Source of the DNA: Octopus sinensis
Lineage: Eukaryota
Assembly (NCBI RefSeq): GCF_006345805.1
Contig: NC_043011.1
Coordinates: 52,030,464-52,094,463 of the forward strand
DNA length: 64,000 nucleotides
Direction: 5' to 3'
Each line of letters opens with the position of its first letter. Within the stretch, counting starts at the first letter, position 1. Below the pieces are notes generated by a model. That model did not search any database, had not been told where the DNA came from, and was given only the letters and a program-made list of their open reading frames with translations. The position numbers and the translations under genes are program-made. Below are positions 13,140 to 26,997 of this stretch, in pieces.

Positions 13140-13978
13140 CTTTAACAGGGACAGACAAAAAAAAAGAAGACAAGACAAAAAGAAAGAAGAAATGTTAGTC
13201 TTACAGGAAATTACAATAAAACAGCTGTCTGATCATTAACAATAATTACATGTGTGATAATTAGTATTATCACATATCATTATCAAATGATATATTCACT
13301 CGATATGTATTTATCATTTGGTATAATATGATGATGCACGTCAGCATTTTCTGTAGTAGTGGAGTTTAAATGAAGCAAATTTGTTAAGATTGTTTTAAAA
13401 AGTCTGTACAATGCAAGTTGGAAATATAGGAGATATTTCAATATTCCAAATTAAAACTCCTTCATGAAGAGAAAAGAGAGAATAATTAAAATAAAGGTGT
13501 TTAAACTCTGAAATACAGAAATGTTTACTGTTGTTTTATCTCCTCTTATTTCCAAGTTTGCATTCAAATGGCCCTTTAAAACACTTTTTACAAATATTGA
13601 TATCTTTCCCTCTCACCTGGTTGAGGGAGCCTTCAGTTTTTTTTTTCCTTCTATAGTACTTTCTTGTCTAGCAAATTACTTGGTGATCCTACTAGTGCCA
13701 CTGGCATGGGAAACGCAGATCTCCCTCAGCCTGAATAGCAACCTCAGGCACTGGCACCCTTCACACCCATCAGGATAAACAGGCTCAATCACTTGCTACA
13801 GATACAAGTTAATGCCGACAACAAGACACTGTAAAGTGGTTGGCATTAGGAAATGCATCCAGCCATAGAAAGATTCTTATGTCAGTATTAATTAATAACT
13901 GTTGTTCTCCAAATTGGTCAGCTGATAGCAATGAGGGACTGACCAATACTTTCACCAATACAAGCTGCAAAACCACAA

Positions 13979-14174
13979 TTAACCCTTTAATGTTCAGATT
14001 GCTCTGTTAAATGTAATACTTTTTCACTCAAATTGTTTTGAATTAATCATGTATTATCTCATAGCTTTGAAATGTCAATGTAGGTTAGGTGCGAGAGGCT
14101 AGATATGGCTAGTTGAAATGTAAAACGTAGAATATTTGGGCCGGATGTGGCCGGTTTAAACACTAAAGGGTTAA
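13979..14174. mobile_element. piggyBac-type MITE
   Basis: TTAA-CCCTTTA ... TAAAGGG-TTAA: TTAA target duplication and CCC/GGG termini. Confidence 0.7.
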
Positions 14175-16939
14175 GCTAAATCTCACTCAGAATTACATTC
14201 TACCAAATGTTTGCATGTGTATGTGTGTGTCTGTCAAATTCTTAGCAACAGAAGCAGTATGGATACCAAACGGTAACATTTATCCCCACTTACAAGTGGA
14301 TGTTGTGTTAGAATGCTGAATACTGCAATAGTTGCCGTGAGAGAATCTCTCATATGGGCTTTAACAGGTAAGACACATTGGATCATGTAGTCTGGGGTAC
14401 TACAAAAATGACAGCATGATCAAGGTTTTCAATAAGTTTGCATGAGTAGAGATGATTTGGAGCTAAAAATATATTTTTTTTATTTTGTTTTTTTTTAACC
14501 AATTCAAAAATCTCAGTAAATTAAATCTGAAAGATAATTTTGCTGTAAATCAATGCTGAATTATACACAGTAGAGCTGAAACATGACCAGAACTGAGTTA
14601 CAATTTAAAAAAAAAAAAAAAAAAAAAGATGGAAAGGAACATTATACAGAATTTCTGCAAAGGAATTTTCATATTAAAGAAAAACAAGAAAAAAAGAAAT
14701 GATACAAAAATATGGAAGCTAGATCAAAGTTTTGTCCAGAATTTCAGAATTAGTTGTTAAGCAATGATAACCCCTTGTGAAGGGTGTGCAGGAAACTTTT
14801 TATGTGTAGCTCTCCTACAATGTAGGCTACACTGAACAACAAATATATTTGACAGTAATTTCTGTCTAAAGACTAACCATTACTCCCCACCCACGTTCCC
14901 CATCATCCATTGCGCCCACCACCAAAAAGAATTAAAGGATGAATTATCCCCAGAGAGTTAGGATAGGTGCACTAAGGCAGACATTAAGCAGCATCTACAG
15001 GAGAATGTGCACATGCAAACAATCAGCAATGACATGGTCACTAAGTGGGGGTTTAGGTAGAGGAGAAAGTCCCAAAGGCGTTTATGAAGGGTCATTAGTA
15101 AATATTTAGTGATTCTAAGGGAGCAGCAAGACAGCAAACCAGCATGGTGCTGGACAAATAATGCCTTATGGTATTTGAGCCATCCCTCTATACATTTCAA
15201 CTTTATCTTTCATTCATTTCTCCAAAGTGGACAGAATACCCAGTAATATACACGGAAATCGACTAACTACATAAGCTGCTTCCTCCTGAAAGTAGCATCG
15301 TTAATCGACTCCATTTTATTCAGTATATCAGACAACATTCCAGGTAAGGTGGAGTAACAAGTTCAAAAGAAGCTATCCCTGGCCACTTAGAATAAAATAT
15401 TCAAAGCTGTGTCTGTGAGTGAATAAAATATTTAATCCATAATTGTTAGTCTGACAAAATATAATTTGTTTAGCCTATGGCTCTTAGGAAAGACGCAACA
15501 AAATATATTTTGTTGGATTAATGATTATGGATTAAATATTTTACTAAAGATTTGTTAGTATATTACTGGTACTTAATTTTGTCAACATCTGAAATGATAA
15601 TGAAAGTCGAAGCCAATACTAACATTTGAATGCAGAAATGTTAAAAAAAAAAAAGGTAAGCCATCTCGTTCAACACAACCATTTGAACCAACCCCTATGT
15701 TGTTTTCTGAGATTCCTGTATTTTTCTAAGTCCTTATTAAATTGTTGAATGGGGGAAGTGAGAGTAAGAAAGTAAAAGTGTATTGAAGCAGTTTACGCTA
15801 AGTTGATGATAAAATTATAATAGCTTGTGGGTTAGAAATGTTGAAAATAAATTAGAAAAACAAAATATAACTTAACTGGAAAAATAGATAGACAATGTTT
15901 TTGATGAGAAGAAGAAAGACATCAGAAAGAGTCTGCTTGCTTAGCTACAGAGAACCAAAGAAAGTGGTGGGTGTGAGTGTCAGGTCACACCAATGCTCCT
16001 CAAAGCAGATGTTTCTGTCTTGAAATTGAATTGTGCTCAGTTTTAGAGATGATGAAAGTTGGGAATGGGGTTGGGGTAGAATTCAAGAAAAGAACTTACT
16101 TCGAAGAGGGTCCATGTTTTCCCAGCCGTGAAAGTAACCTGTTAAATGTTTGAGGCTTCATTAGAAAGTATTACGAGAAGCTGGTGGAATACGTACGATA
16201 AAAGAACTTTGTCTCTTCTTTATCCAACAGAAAGATGTAGAGACTTTTTTTTTTTTTTTTGGCCAGAAAAAATATGAAAAAAAAAGGTGGAGAGAGAAAG
16301 AGAGAGCAACAAAAAAAGCAAAAACATAAATAAATAACGGCCGTATAGTGAAAGCTCCTAGAAAATCTTTTGATGAACTTTGAAACTAACCTATACCTAG
16401 TGATTTTAGGTTTTGTAAATGAGGTGACTAAGGGTTCATAGATATATTTATAAAGGGAAAGGGATGAAACTATTTCATTCACATCATTTTCTAGAAACAT
16501 TATTTCTTCCATGACCAGATTTCTAACAAAATATACAGGACCTACATGCTTTCAAAATTAATGAAGAATTTATTAAAAATAACTTTGTTCACAATTAAGT
16601 TGGTGTTTTAGAACATAACATAATGATTCTAATATAAAATTGCAGATTTTACTTTAAATACGAAGTTTAAAAACATGAAGCTATCAGAGAACTAAAATTG
16701 GGGAACGATTCTAGGTGATTGTAGGCAAGTCATTATCTTGGTATCAAAAAGATTAACACCCTAAATCATGTAAACAGGTTGCAAAGATCAGAACTAGCTC
16801 AATCCTCACTTCAACGGAACTTTATTATCTAGTTATGGCATGTAACACATTTCAAAAATGTCTTTCAAAACTAAAGCAAAATAACTGAAAAAAACTGTTA
16901 ATGGATTGCTCTGTTTTTCTAAATTCTATTGCTATCTAT

Positions 16940-16974
16940 ATTTCTGATGAAGAGCTCCGCTCGAAACGTTAAAT
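16940..16974 (+). ncRNA. Minimal type-I hammerhead ribozyme motif in a Penelope-like terminal-repeat fragment (about 16935-17075)
   Basis: ATTT-CTGATGA-A-GAGC tcc GCTC-GAAA-CG-TT-AAAT: stem I, intact core boxes, stem II and palindromic ACGT at stem III. Confidence 0.65.
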
Positions 16975-17894
16975 CCTCCTTCTTTCTTTCCTTTCCTGAG
17001 CATCCAATAACACTATACTTATTCCACATCCTCACGTTGTTGTGTTTTCTCTTTGTTCATGTTTGGATTAACTATATATATATATATATATACATATACA
17101 TACATACATATATAGGTGTCGGTCTCCTTGTGTGATTAAGAAGATCACTTTGCGACCACATGGTTTTGTGTTCAATCCCACTGCATAGCACCTTGGGCAT
17201 GTGGCTTCTATAACCCCAGACCAACCAACACCTTGTGGGTGAGTTTAGTAGACAGAAACTGTGTGGAAGTTTGTCATGTCTGTGTGTCTTTGAGTTCACC
17301 CCACCATCATTTGATTACCAGTGCCAATTGCTTGTTTATGTCTCCTAACTTAGCGATATGATAAAAGAGATCAATAAAATATGCACCAGACTTCAAAAAA
17401 TGACAACTGGAATCAAGTTGTTTGACAAAACCCCTTCAAGGCAGTGCCTCAACATCACTATCCTGAGTTCAAATTCTGCCAAAGTTGTCTTTGTCTTTCA
17501 TCGTTTCAGGGCTGATAAAATTAAGTACAAGTGAAACACTGGGGGTCAATATCATAGCTGAACCCCATCCCACTAAAACTGCTGGCCTTGTACCAAAATT
17601 TGAAATGTTATCATTGTTATTATTATTATTATTGCACTTGCCCTTGCTGTTCAGGGAAATCTTAGACAGTGGAGTTCCTTGATTATCCCTAGAGGTCATC
17701 CTCTATCATGCCCCCACCCACTTTTTTTTTTGCTTTTGTTAACTTTTGTATACTATATTTCCCTGTATACTGTGTATACCTACTCTCTTTTTTTTTTATT
17801 ATTTATTTTATCATTTCATTATATGTAAACCCCAAAACTATGCCTGTTTTGTACTGTCCTCCTTATCCTTCACCCTGGTGGCAAATAAATGAAA

Positions 17895-17897
17895 TCA

Positions 17898-17931
<34 letters not shown>

Positions 17932-18176
17932 CATCATCATTATCATTATTATTATTATCATTATTATTATTATCATCATTATCATTATTATTATTATCAT
18001 TATCATTATTATTATTATTATCATTATTATTATTGGTAATTTGACTCAGGTTCATTCTTATTCCTGACAGAATTTATGTGAGCAGCAGCAGTATCATCAT
18101 TATTATTATTATTATTATCATCATTATTATCATTATTATTATTATTATTATTGTTATTATTATTACTATTATTACT
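17895..18176. repeat. (ATT/ATC)n microsatellite, preceded by a repeat tail (17640-17895) also present inverted at 58680-58930
   Basis: Direct inspection. Confidence 0.9.
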
Positions 18177-19762
18177 TTGTAATGCCAAGACAGAGTAAAG
18201 AGAAGTACATCTCTGAAGCTTCTTAATTGCCAAGATAAACCAAGGACTTTGAACAAATTCATTATATATGGTGATTCCAGATGAAGGAATTCCATGCTAC
18301 TATCAGAGATTCCTTGAAGAGAGACCAAGAAAGTACAAGAGGATTAGAATTGATGTATGTTAAATGGAATAAAACCGAAACAGATGCTTGTTCCTAGTGA
18401 CCAGAATTTAGGTGAAGCAGCAATGAATATTGGGGAAGGTCAGAGTATTGCACTTTTGGAGGCAGAAAAAAGAACTCTTTTAAAGAAAGAGACCAAAGGC
18501 AGGAATCACAAAATCCAGGTTTAATATATGAGAAAAAATAAAAGGGGCAGAACAGGATGGGAGAGGGTATTAAAGGTTCGTTAATCAATGAAAAAAGATG
18601 TTAATGTAGGAATCAAAAATAAAAATAAAATAGAATTTCAGTAACATTAGTGTGACAGCAACAATGGAGCAGATTTGATTTCAGGGATTGTTGGTTCAAG
18701 TCTCAACCAGAGTTGGTTGGTAGAGCAAATATTAAGGATAAAGAGAATGTAGCAATAACTGTCACTGATGATTTGGAGGGAGGTGCAAAGCATCAGACAA
18801 CAGCCAAGGTCCAGTCTTGTTAGTGGCAGATAGGGTGTCCAATAGACATATGTCCACACTGTACACAAAGTCGATAACATGACCAGTCTATATACACTGA
18901 GTGATGCATCCAGTAAATACATGTATACAGTGATGTGTGTAGTCTATGTATAGTGAGTAACATAACCAGTCTATATATATATATATATACAATGATGTGT
19001 TCAGTCTATACACACAGTAAGTATGTGCTCTCTTCATATAAAGTAACACAACATAACCAGTCTATATATGCATACAGTGGTGTGTCCAGTTTATATATAC
19101 AAAATGTAGGTGCAATCAACATTATACAGACTATGTCTATCACAACAACATATGCAAGATCCATATTGCCGAAGGAAGAACTTACATGTGTGTGTGTGTG
19201 TGTGTATATAATTCCATTTTCTTCGCACTGTAATGCTTATTACATCTCTATTATCACAAATGTATTTCTTGACACAAAAATTTTAGTCCTTATTTTTGTT
19301 ATTCCTTTTAACTCAGGTTTTGTTGAAACTCCCGGAGTCTTGCATGCATAGCAGGCTTGCGACCTGCATCCGGCAGTACCATGCTTTCTCTTTTTTTTTC
19401 AACAGTCTAATACTTAGCTGATTATTCTGGTTGTGCCAAGGAGGGAAACCTTTTGTAACAGCTCTATTGGATACTCTTTCGGAGGTGAATTATCCAAACC
19501 CCAAAGAATTCCTCTCAACACATGGCTATGATGCTCCCCCACTACTTCTGCTCGTGATCAGAGATGCACATATCGTCAGCCACTAAGGGACATGCTCAAC
19601 TGGTTATGGTCAAACAACTGACAAGCAAATCTGTGGTATTGAGCAGAATATTTGCTGTAGCCCATCTTTTCTACCAAGACAATACAATGTACATGATAAC
19701 ACTTCCAATCAGTTAAGAGCAGAAGCCATAAGAGCCACTGCCTGGTACTGTATCAGGGCATT

Positions 19763-19797
<35 letters not shown>

Positions 19798-21867
19798 CAT
19801 CATCATCATTATTGTTATTGCAGCAAGCTGGTAGAATCATTAGCACATTGGGCAAAATGCATAGTGATATTTCATGTCACTACATTCTGAGTTCAAATTT
19901 TGTTGAGGTCAGCTTTACCTTTCATCCTTTCAGGGCCAATGAAATATGTACCAGTCAAGTGCTAGGGGTCGATTTAATCAACTAGCCCCCTCCCCCAAAA
20001 TTTCAGGCTTTGTGCCTATAGTAGAAAGGATTATTATTATTATTATTATTAAGAGATGCAATGTTTCTGTAATCAAGCTGCTGGACCACCGACCACCTGG
20101 TTTGTACTACTGAATTACCAGTGAACAACCACTAAACTATATGCTTTTCCAATGTGCTCCAGACTGAGACGTATAACTAAGCTTGCTGCAGTTGGTGTGG
20201 CTGATAATAGCTTTCATTTTATACATGAGAGTCGAGTAATTATGGCATGTCTTCCACTCATAGAAAAACATATTATGTTATGCAAAATGGCCCAAATGAT
20301 TTATTTTATGTAAAGAAAAAAAAAAACTGTTTCAAATTATTATGTTGCTTTGGAAACATGAATAAGAAATAAATATTTAAAATTAAAATGTGAAATACGA
20401 ATAATAAAAACCATCTTGATTTAGATGCCATTGTGTTCATGTTTGTGTGTGTGTGTGTGTGAGGAAGATACAAAATTCTTCATTCAGGATCTGTATGTGA
20501 TATGACAGAGGAGTGAAGAACTGCAATGATTAAGTTGGATTAGTGCAGGGGTTAAATGAGATTTAGGGCTGAAAATGTATTAGTAATAACAACATCATGC
20601 ATCATAAAACCCACAACCAGTACAAACTCATTTCATGATTAGGATTGGATAAACAAAAAGCATTTGCAAATCAATGAGGCCAGAAAGGAAGGGCAGTTAG
20701 TAGAGAAATATAGCAGATATTAGCATTCAAATTACAGAAGATCAGTAAATACAACAGTAGTAATTGTTGTTGGTAAACCCCATCTCAGCCCTGAAGGAGC
20801 AGACCTATGATAAAAGACATTTTTTCCCAGCATGACCATCCTATCTATTCATCAGACACTACACAGCAGGAGCCACACTATATAATATGCCCCTCCTTAT
20901 TCAAAGTGATACAATGTTAATGGAGAGAGATTTGGCTGTTATTTCTAGCAGGTTGAGTGGCTACATAGAGGCTTATTCATTGGCTTAGGAAGCAGTAACA
21001 GCAGCAATAATAACCGTTTCTAATTTAGGCACAAGGCCAACAATTTGAACTCAGAATATAAAGAGCCATCTAATGATTCTACCAATCTACTGCCCAAGTA
21101 GCAGCAGCAGCAATAATAATAATAGTGGTTTCAAATTTTAGCACAAGGCCAGCAATTTCAGTAAAGTCATTATATTGACCCCCAGTGCTCAGCTGGTACT
21201 TATTTTATCAACCCTGGAAGGATGAAAGGCAAAGTCAACCTCAGCAAAATTTGAATTCAGAATGTAAAGACAGAGGAAATGCTGCTAAACATTTTGTCTA
21301 GAGTGCTAGCAATTCTGATAACTCACCACCTTCATAATCAAATAATAATAATAATGGCTTCAAATTTTGCCACAAGGGTATTTAATAATAATAATGATAA
21401 TGATATTTCTTATATTGTCACAAAAACAAACTTTGGTAGGCAGGATTACTGTGTTATTAGTTAAATTGAATTCAATATTTGATTAGTAATTAATTTATTA
21501 AACATCCTCCATCCACAAGGATGAAAGACAAAGTTGACCTTAGCTGGATTTGAACTCAGAATGTAAAGAGCTGGATCAAATGTCGCGAGGTATTTTGTCC
21601 AATACTCTAACAATTCTATTTGCCTTTTAAATGTTTCTAAATTAAGAACAAGTTTAAAAATTTGAGGGAAGGATTTAGTTGATTATATCAACCTTAGTAC
21701 TTGATCGGTACTTCATTTTATTGATTCTCGAAAGGATGAAAATCAAAGTTGACAGCAGTAGGATTTGAACTCAGAACATGAAGAACCAGAAGTACTGCAA
21801 AGTATTTTTGTCTGATATGCTAATGATTCTGCCAAACCATTACCCTTATTTCTACCTTACTAACTGA

Positions 21868-22097
21868 TTTCTTTACTGCCCACAAGGAGCTAAACATAGA
21901 GGAGACAAACAAGGACAGACAAAGGGATTAAGTCGATTACATCAACCCCAGTGCATAACTGATTCATATTTAATTGACCCCGAAAGGATGAAAGGCTAAG
22001 TCAACCTCAGCGTAATATGAACTCAGAACGTAGCAGCCAATGAAATACCGCTAAGCATTTCGCTCGGCATGCTAACGTTTCTACCATCTCGCCGCCT
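21868..22097 (-). mobile_element. tRNA-derived SINE, family B (Nin-domain-like), one of many copies
   Basis: ggcgagatggtagaaacgttagc...gagttcatatt...gccttt catcctttcggggtc. Other copies at about 19822, 21130, 21510, 21680, 28780, 30418, 47478, 56675 and 58530. Confidence 0.75.
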
Positions 22098-23657
22098 TTT
22101 TTTCTTTTTCCTTTTCTACCTTACTAGAAAGGTGACAAAGGTGACAATTACTCTTGTAGTAACGGATGCACTTAACACAACAGCTAAAGTGAGAGGCTGA
22201 GTGATATTGGAACTGAGACTCATACAGTCAATCTGCAGTAAAATCTTCCCTCAATCATGTCCCCATCCAACCAATGCTATTATGGAATAAATGGTTGTTT
22301 GTCTATCATTCTACCATTTCTTTGAGTCCATTTCTTCAATAAAATAATAATAATAATAATGTTTCTAATTAAGGCTTAAGACCAGTAATTATGAGGGAAG
22401 TGACTAGTCAATACCATAAACCTCAGTATTTGAGTGGAACTGTATTTCATTGACTCCACCAGAGTGATGAAAGGTAAAATTGATGCCAGTGCAATTTGAA
22501 CTCAGGGCATAAACAGCTGAATGAAACACCGCAGAGAAATTTTTCAAACACTCCGACAATTCTGAGAGAGCAGTTTTCATGATAAACTGAGAGGGTTTCT
22601 TGAGCCAACAAGGGACCCAATGGCAACACAAGAGCTTCTGCATAGGTGCTTGACCTGCCAATGTAGCAATCATATCCTTGTAAACAAGTTAGCTTTAAAA
22701 TTGAGACTATGTAGAATAAGTCCTTAAAACTGGGATACACAGTGTAAGTCCCTAAATTTGGACTATACAATAGTCAAGTCCTTAACTTTTGGATTTCATA
22801 GCAAAAACTCTTAATTTTGGGACTATAGAGTATAAGTACACAAAATTGAGTACAAGTCCCTTAAAGACTATACAGCAACAATCGAGGAACTATGGTCAAA
22901 TACTTTACCAAAACTTTCTCTAGTAACACATTAATGTGTGTATTTTGGTGTAAAAATGTAAACATCTTTGATAAAACTGATGCTTCAGAACAAAAATCCC
23001 TAGTGATATTTGTTTACCCATAGTTGTGCAGATACTCCCTTGTTATCCTCACCTTCAGAAATACTAGTGAACTAAAGATTGGCCTGTTGAAAACCTATAA
23101 CTAACAACACTTCTGTTCACAAAACCCAACATAAAAATAAATAACTGAACCACTTCCAATAAAACACACCAACTCTACAATATAGGGGTCACAAGAATTT
23201 ATGGAGATAGAGCCTCTGAGTAGTCACTTGACATGGTCAATGTAACAGCCAAATCTCCCATAACAAATGAGGATCACATAGTTTAAAGGTTAAAAATGTT
23301 GGGCGACATGCACCATAGTAAAGATCAGGGTAGCTAGGGTGGATACAGTTTAGAATCAGGGTTAGACACTTGAAAGTTTAACCAAAACCAACATGCTGAA
23401 CATCACCTAGGGTTGCTCCAGACATTACAAATTGCTATTGTTCATGCCATGCTATAGGCCTGCTCAAGCAGAAATGAATGAGGACAACTCAACAACAACA
23501 TCATCACTACCACCACCACCACCACCACCACCACCACACACTAAAGAGAGCCAACTTAAGTCACAGCTAACCATAACTTTTAAAATACACATATACGTAT
23601 GTGCATATATATGCATACATGTGTGTGTGTTTGCATATATATATATATATATATATA

Positions 23658-23860
23658 CTTTATTTAAAGCAGCAGAAAATTCAACAAAACCTGTTACTCT
23701 GAGTTTTGCTAGCAAGAACTGTCCGACGAATGGCAACGGGAAACTCAGAGTAACAGGTTTTGTTGAATTTTCTGCTGCTTTAAATAAAGCATATTACTCT
23801 ACCACTGGTATTTGAGCACTCTTTTTTCCACCTTGTTTCACATTTATGTGTTTACTCCGG
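23658..23860 (+). mobile_element. Penelope-like terminal remnant: 49-bp perfect inverted repeat and hammerhead-like motif, embedded in (TA)n
   Basis: Arms at 23658-23706 and 23741-23789. CTGT-CCGACGA...GAAA-CTC a GAG-TA-ACAG at 23719-23756. Confidence 0.6.
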
Positions 23861-24395
23861 TATATATATATACATATATATGCAAACACACACACACACA
23901 CACATATATGTCAACTATCTTGCTTCGCAATGGAAAATTAACAAAATCATTATCTATTCCTGTTTTACTGTTAAATCTTACAAGAACTATTACAGGAGTA
24001 TAGTAATGCTATAAACTACACATGGTTGCTGTGGTATACCTCTTCCTTTAACGTTAGACAATACCTTAACTGCTACACAAGGCAATACTTCAACCTAAAC
24101 CAAAACACCTGATACAATGGTGCATTTGCTACATCTGTACTGACATCTGTACTGACATCTGTATGATCTTGTCCATGAATTTACAAACACAAAAGAAATG
24201 CACAATATCAGAATTAGCAATTAAAAGGAGATAATTCCCCTAAACAAATAACTTTTTTTCATTAATGAACTAAATTCCTTTAACATACTATAGCTAAAAG
24301 AAAAACTATCAGATAAAATAAAGTTGATGTGACCTTTTCTCTATAGGTTGGACATTGTTCCATCAATGTAGAGAGACAGATTAAACAGTTTCAAC

Positions 24396-24658
24396 CAGTG
24401 ATTCTCAACCATTTTTTACCTATGGATCCCCTTTGATTCATATTTTACTCAGATGGACCTTGATAGCCATTTGATGTTTAAGAGCTCCTATAACATTTTT
24501 ATAATTAAACATTATTAGGAATTGTATTAAAAAAATTGTTAAAATATTTTGCATATTGTAACCCATTAATTACACATAATCATTAACAACAAAATTTTAT
24601 ATGGAAATCACCCCAACCCCACCCCAAGGGTCATATGGACCCCAGTTGAGAACCACAG
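24396..24658. mobile_element. hAT (Charlie-like) MITE
   Basis: cagtgattctcaac / gttgagaaccacag terminal repeats, flanked by near-duplicate 8-mers gtttcaac / gtctaaac. Confidence 0.65.
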
Positions 24659-25675
24659 GTCTAAACTCTGAAGCATAACAAGGAAATGACAGAATCCTCA
24701 TCTTGGCAATCTGAAACCGCAATAGTCGCTATTATTTTTTACTAACACTGGTAATCCACATAACACCACTTTACAAAGGACCATTCTAGGATATTCCAGA
24801 TCACATCGCAATACACTAAACTACAATATGGAATATACACCACTACAGTAGATTATTTAACACTACACCACAATACAATATACAACACTACTATTGCACC
24901 ACAAAGGAAAATACTGTACTACAACACAGTGGAATAAACCATACCAGACTACATCACAGTGAAAAATATCACACTACCCAGTACCTCATCTCGCTCTTCC
25001 CCCAATCCACTGAGAACTGTACCATCATTACTATCCTGCTACCCACCCTTCAACCTTACCCTATCTTTACAGTCACAGCCTGCCTCCTGCTCCTCCATCT
25101 CCTGCTCACCATACAACCTTGCAGCAACCCTTACACTTCATCTCCACTAACTCTTCACAACTCCTACTGGCAGTTCTCTCCCCCTTTTCTAAATGTGAGT
25201 AGCTCAACAAGAACCCGCTCCACCCCTCCGCTTCTTTCATGCTTTAACCCATCATCCCTTAGGATAAAGCAGCTCCTGTGCCCTCAGGGTTTGTAGCTTT
25301 GTGAGCTGCATAGTAACCTTAATAGTGCTGGTAGCATGAAAAAGCATTTAGTACATGCTGTGAAGTAGTTGGCATCATGAAGGACATCCGACTGCAGAAA
25401 CCCTGCCAAAGCAGATACTGGAGCATGATGTAGTCCTTGGACCCATTGGATCCTCTTGACCGTCCAACCCATGCCAGCATGGAACATGGACGTTACTTGA
25501 TGAAGATAATATATAGCATACTACAGGGCAGTGAATACACCCAAACACCCAAAATCTAATAAAAACAAACAATACCTATACATTGTTGTCACATGTGACA
25601 GTAGAATACACAAGACTAATGCCATTCCTGAATTCTAGAATATTTTCTGCAGATCATTATAAAAAACCTCTAAAA

Positions 25676-25838
25676 CAGGAATGGGCAACCTTTTTAGAAA
25701 TGCAAGCCACAAGACATGACTCATCATCAGGTGGGCTGCTATACTAAGAAAACTAAAAGTAATTTTCCATTAGACACATCATTCAGAAAGTTCTGCTGAC
25801 CTTATGTGACTCACAGGCCACAGTTTGCCCAAAAAGGC
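25676..25838. mobile_element. Decayed hAT-type MITE
   Basis: caggaatgggcaac ... tttgcccaaaaag termini. Confidence 0.45.
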
Positions 25839-26584
25839 TCAAAACAGATGAACATGTCTGAAGTTGTCTCTCTTAATTGCTCCATGTGAAAAGACAAATA
25901 TTTGTCACAGATAAGGAAAAATATTTTCTTTGATTACCACATTATTAATTTTCGTTAGCGTTTTTTATACTCACTACATCAAATATGTTTACACTAAATT
26001 AACTAATACCTTTCAATTGAATGGCATCTTTGATTCAGCTAATCTCTAAGCAATTCTATTTTCCTGCAGAGTAATAAATATACAATCTTGTACATTTGTT
26101 ACATAAGGAGTCATTCATCCCAACTTCAGCAAATAAAGAAAAGCTATGCTTCACTGATGGGATTAGAATAAAACTAAATTATATCCAGAGTTCTCGCCTA
26201 TACTTGCAAAAAACATGAAAATGACACTTGCTCTTCACTAATATTATTGTTTCCTTATGATATAAATTCCAACCCTGGTCATTGCCAATGATCTTATCCT
26301 CTTATTTATTGCCTTATATGGTTAAACCTTAACTGAAACATCACAAATAACACAGCAAATATAATAAATATAACTGATACCAAACACAGACAAAATGAAT
26401 CAATAAACTAGCAAGATATTAACTAAGTTCCTATATATATATGTATATATATGCTCCCTTAACAGGCTGGTCTACTGTGAGCTAATATGGAATGTGAATC
26501 CAAACAGAAAAAAACAAAAAAAAATAAACTAGTGAGACACAAACTAAGAGCCTCTAAATTTATCTACCTGTCTGTCTGTCTATC

Positions 26585-26940
26585 TATCTATATATACGTG
26601 TATGTATATACACATACATATGTATACATATATACACATACATATATACATATACACACATACATAAACACAAATACATATACTTATATACATATACACA
26701 CATACATATACACATATACATATATATACACATATACATATATATATACACATATACATACATATATATATACACAAATACATACATATATATATATATA
26801 TATATACATAAATGCATATATACACAGACATATATATATATATACATAAATACATATATACACAGACATATATATATATATACATAAATACATACATAAA
26901 TACTTATATATATATATATATATATAGAGTTTTATATATA

Positions 26941-26993
<53 letters not shown>
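26585..26993. repeat. Compound (TA/CA)n microsatellite
   Basis: Direct inspection. Confidence 0.9.

Positions 26994-26997
<4 letters not shown>

Noticed and set aside
17708-18328. Poly-Ile and poly-Asn ORFs
   Set aside because: Translations of (ATT/ATC)n microsatellites.
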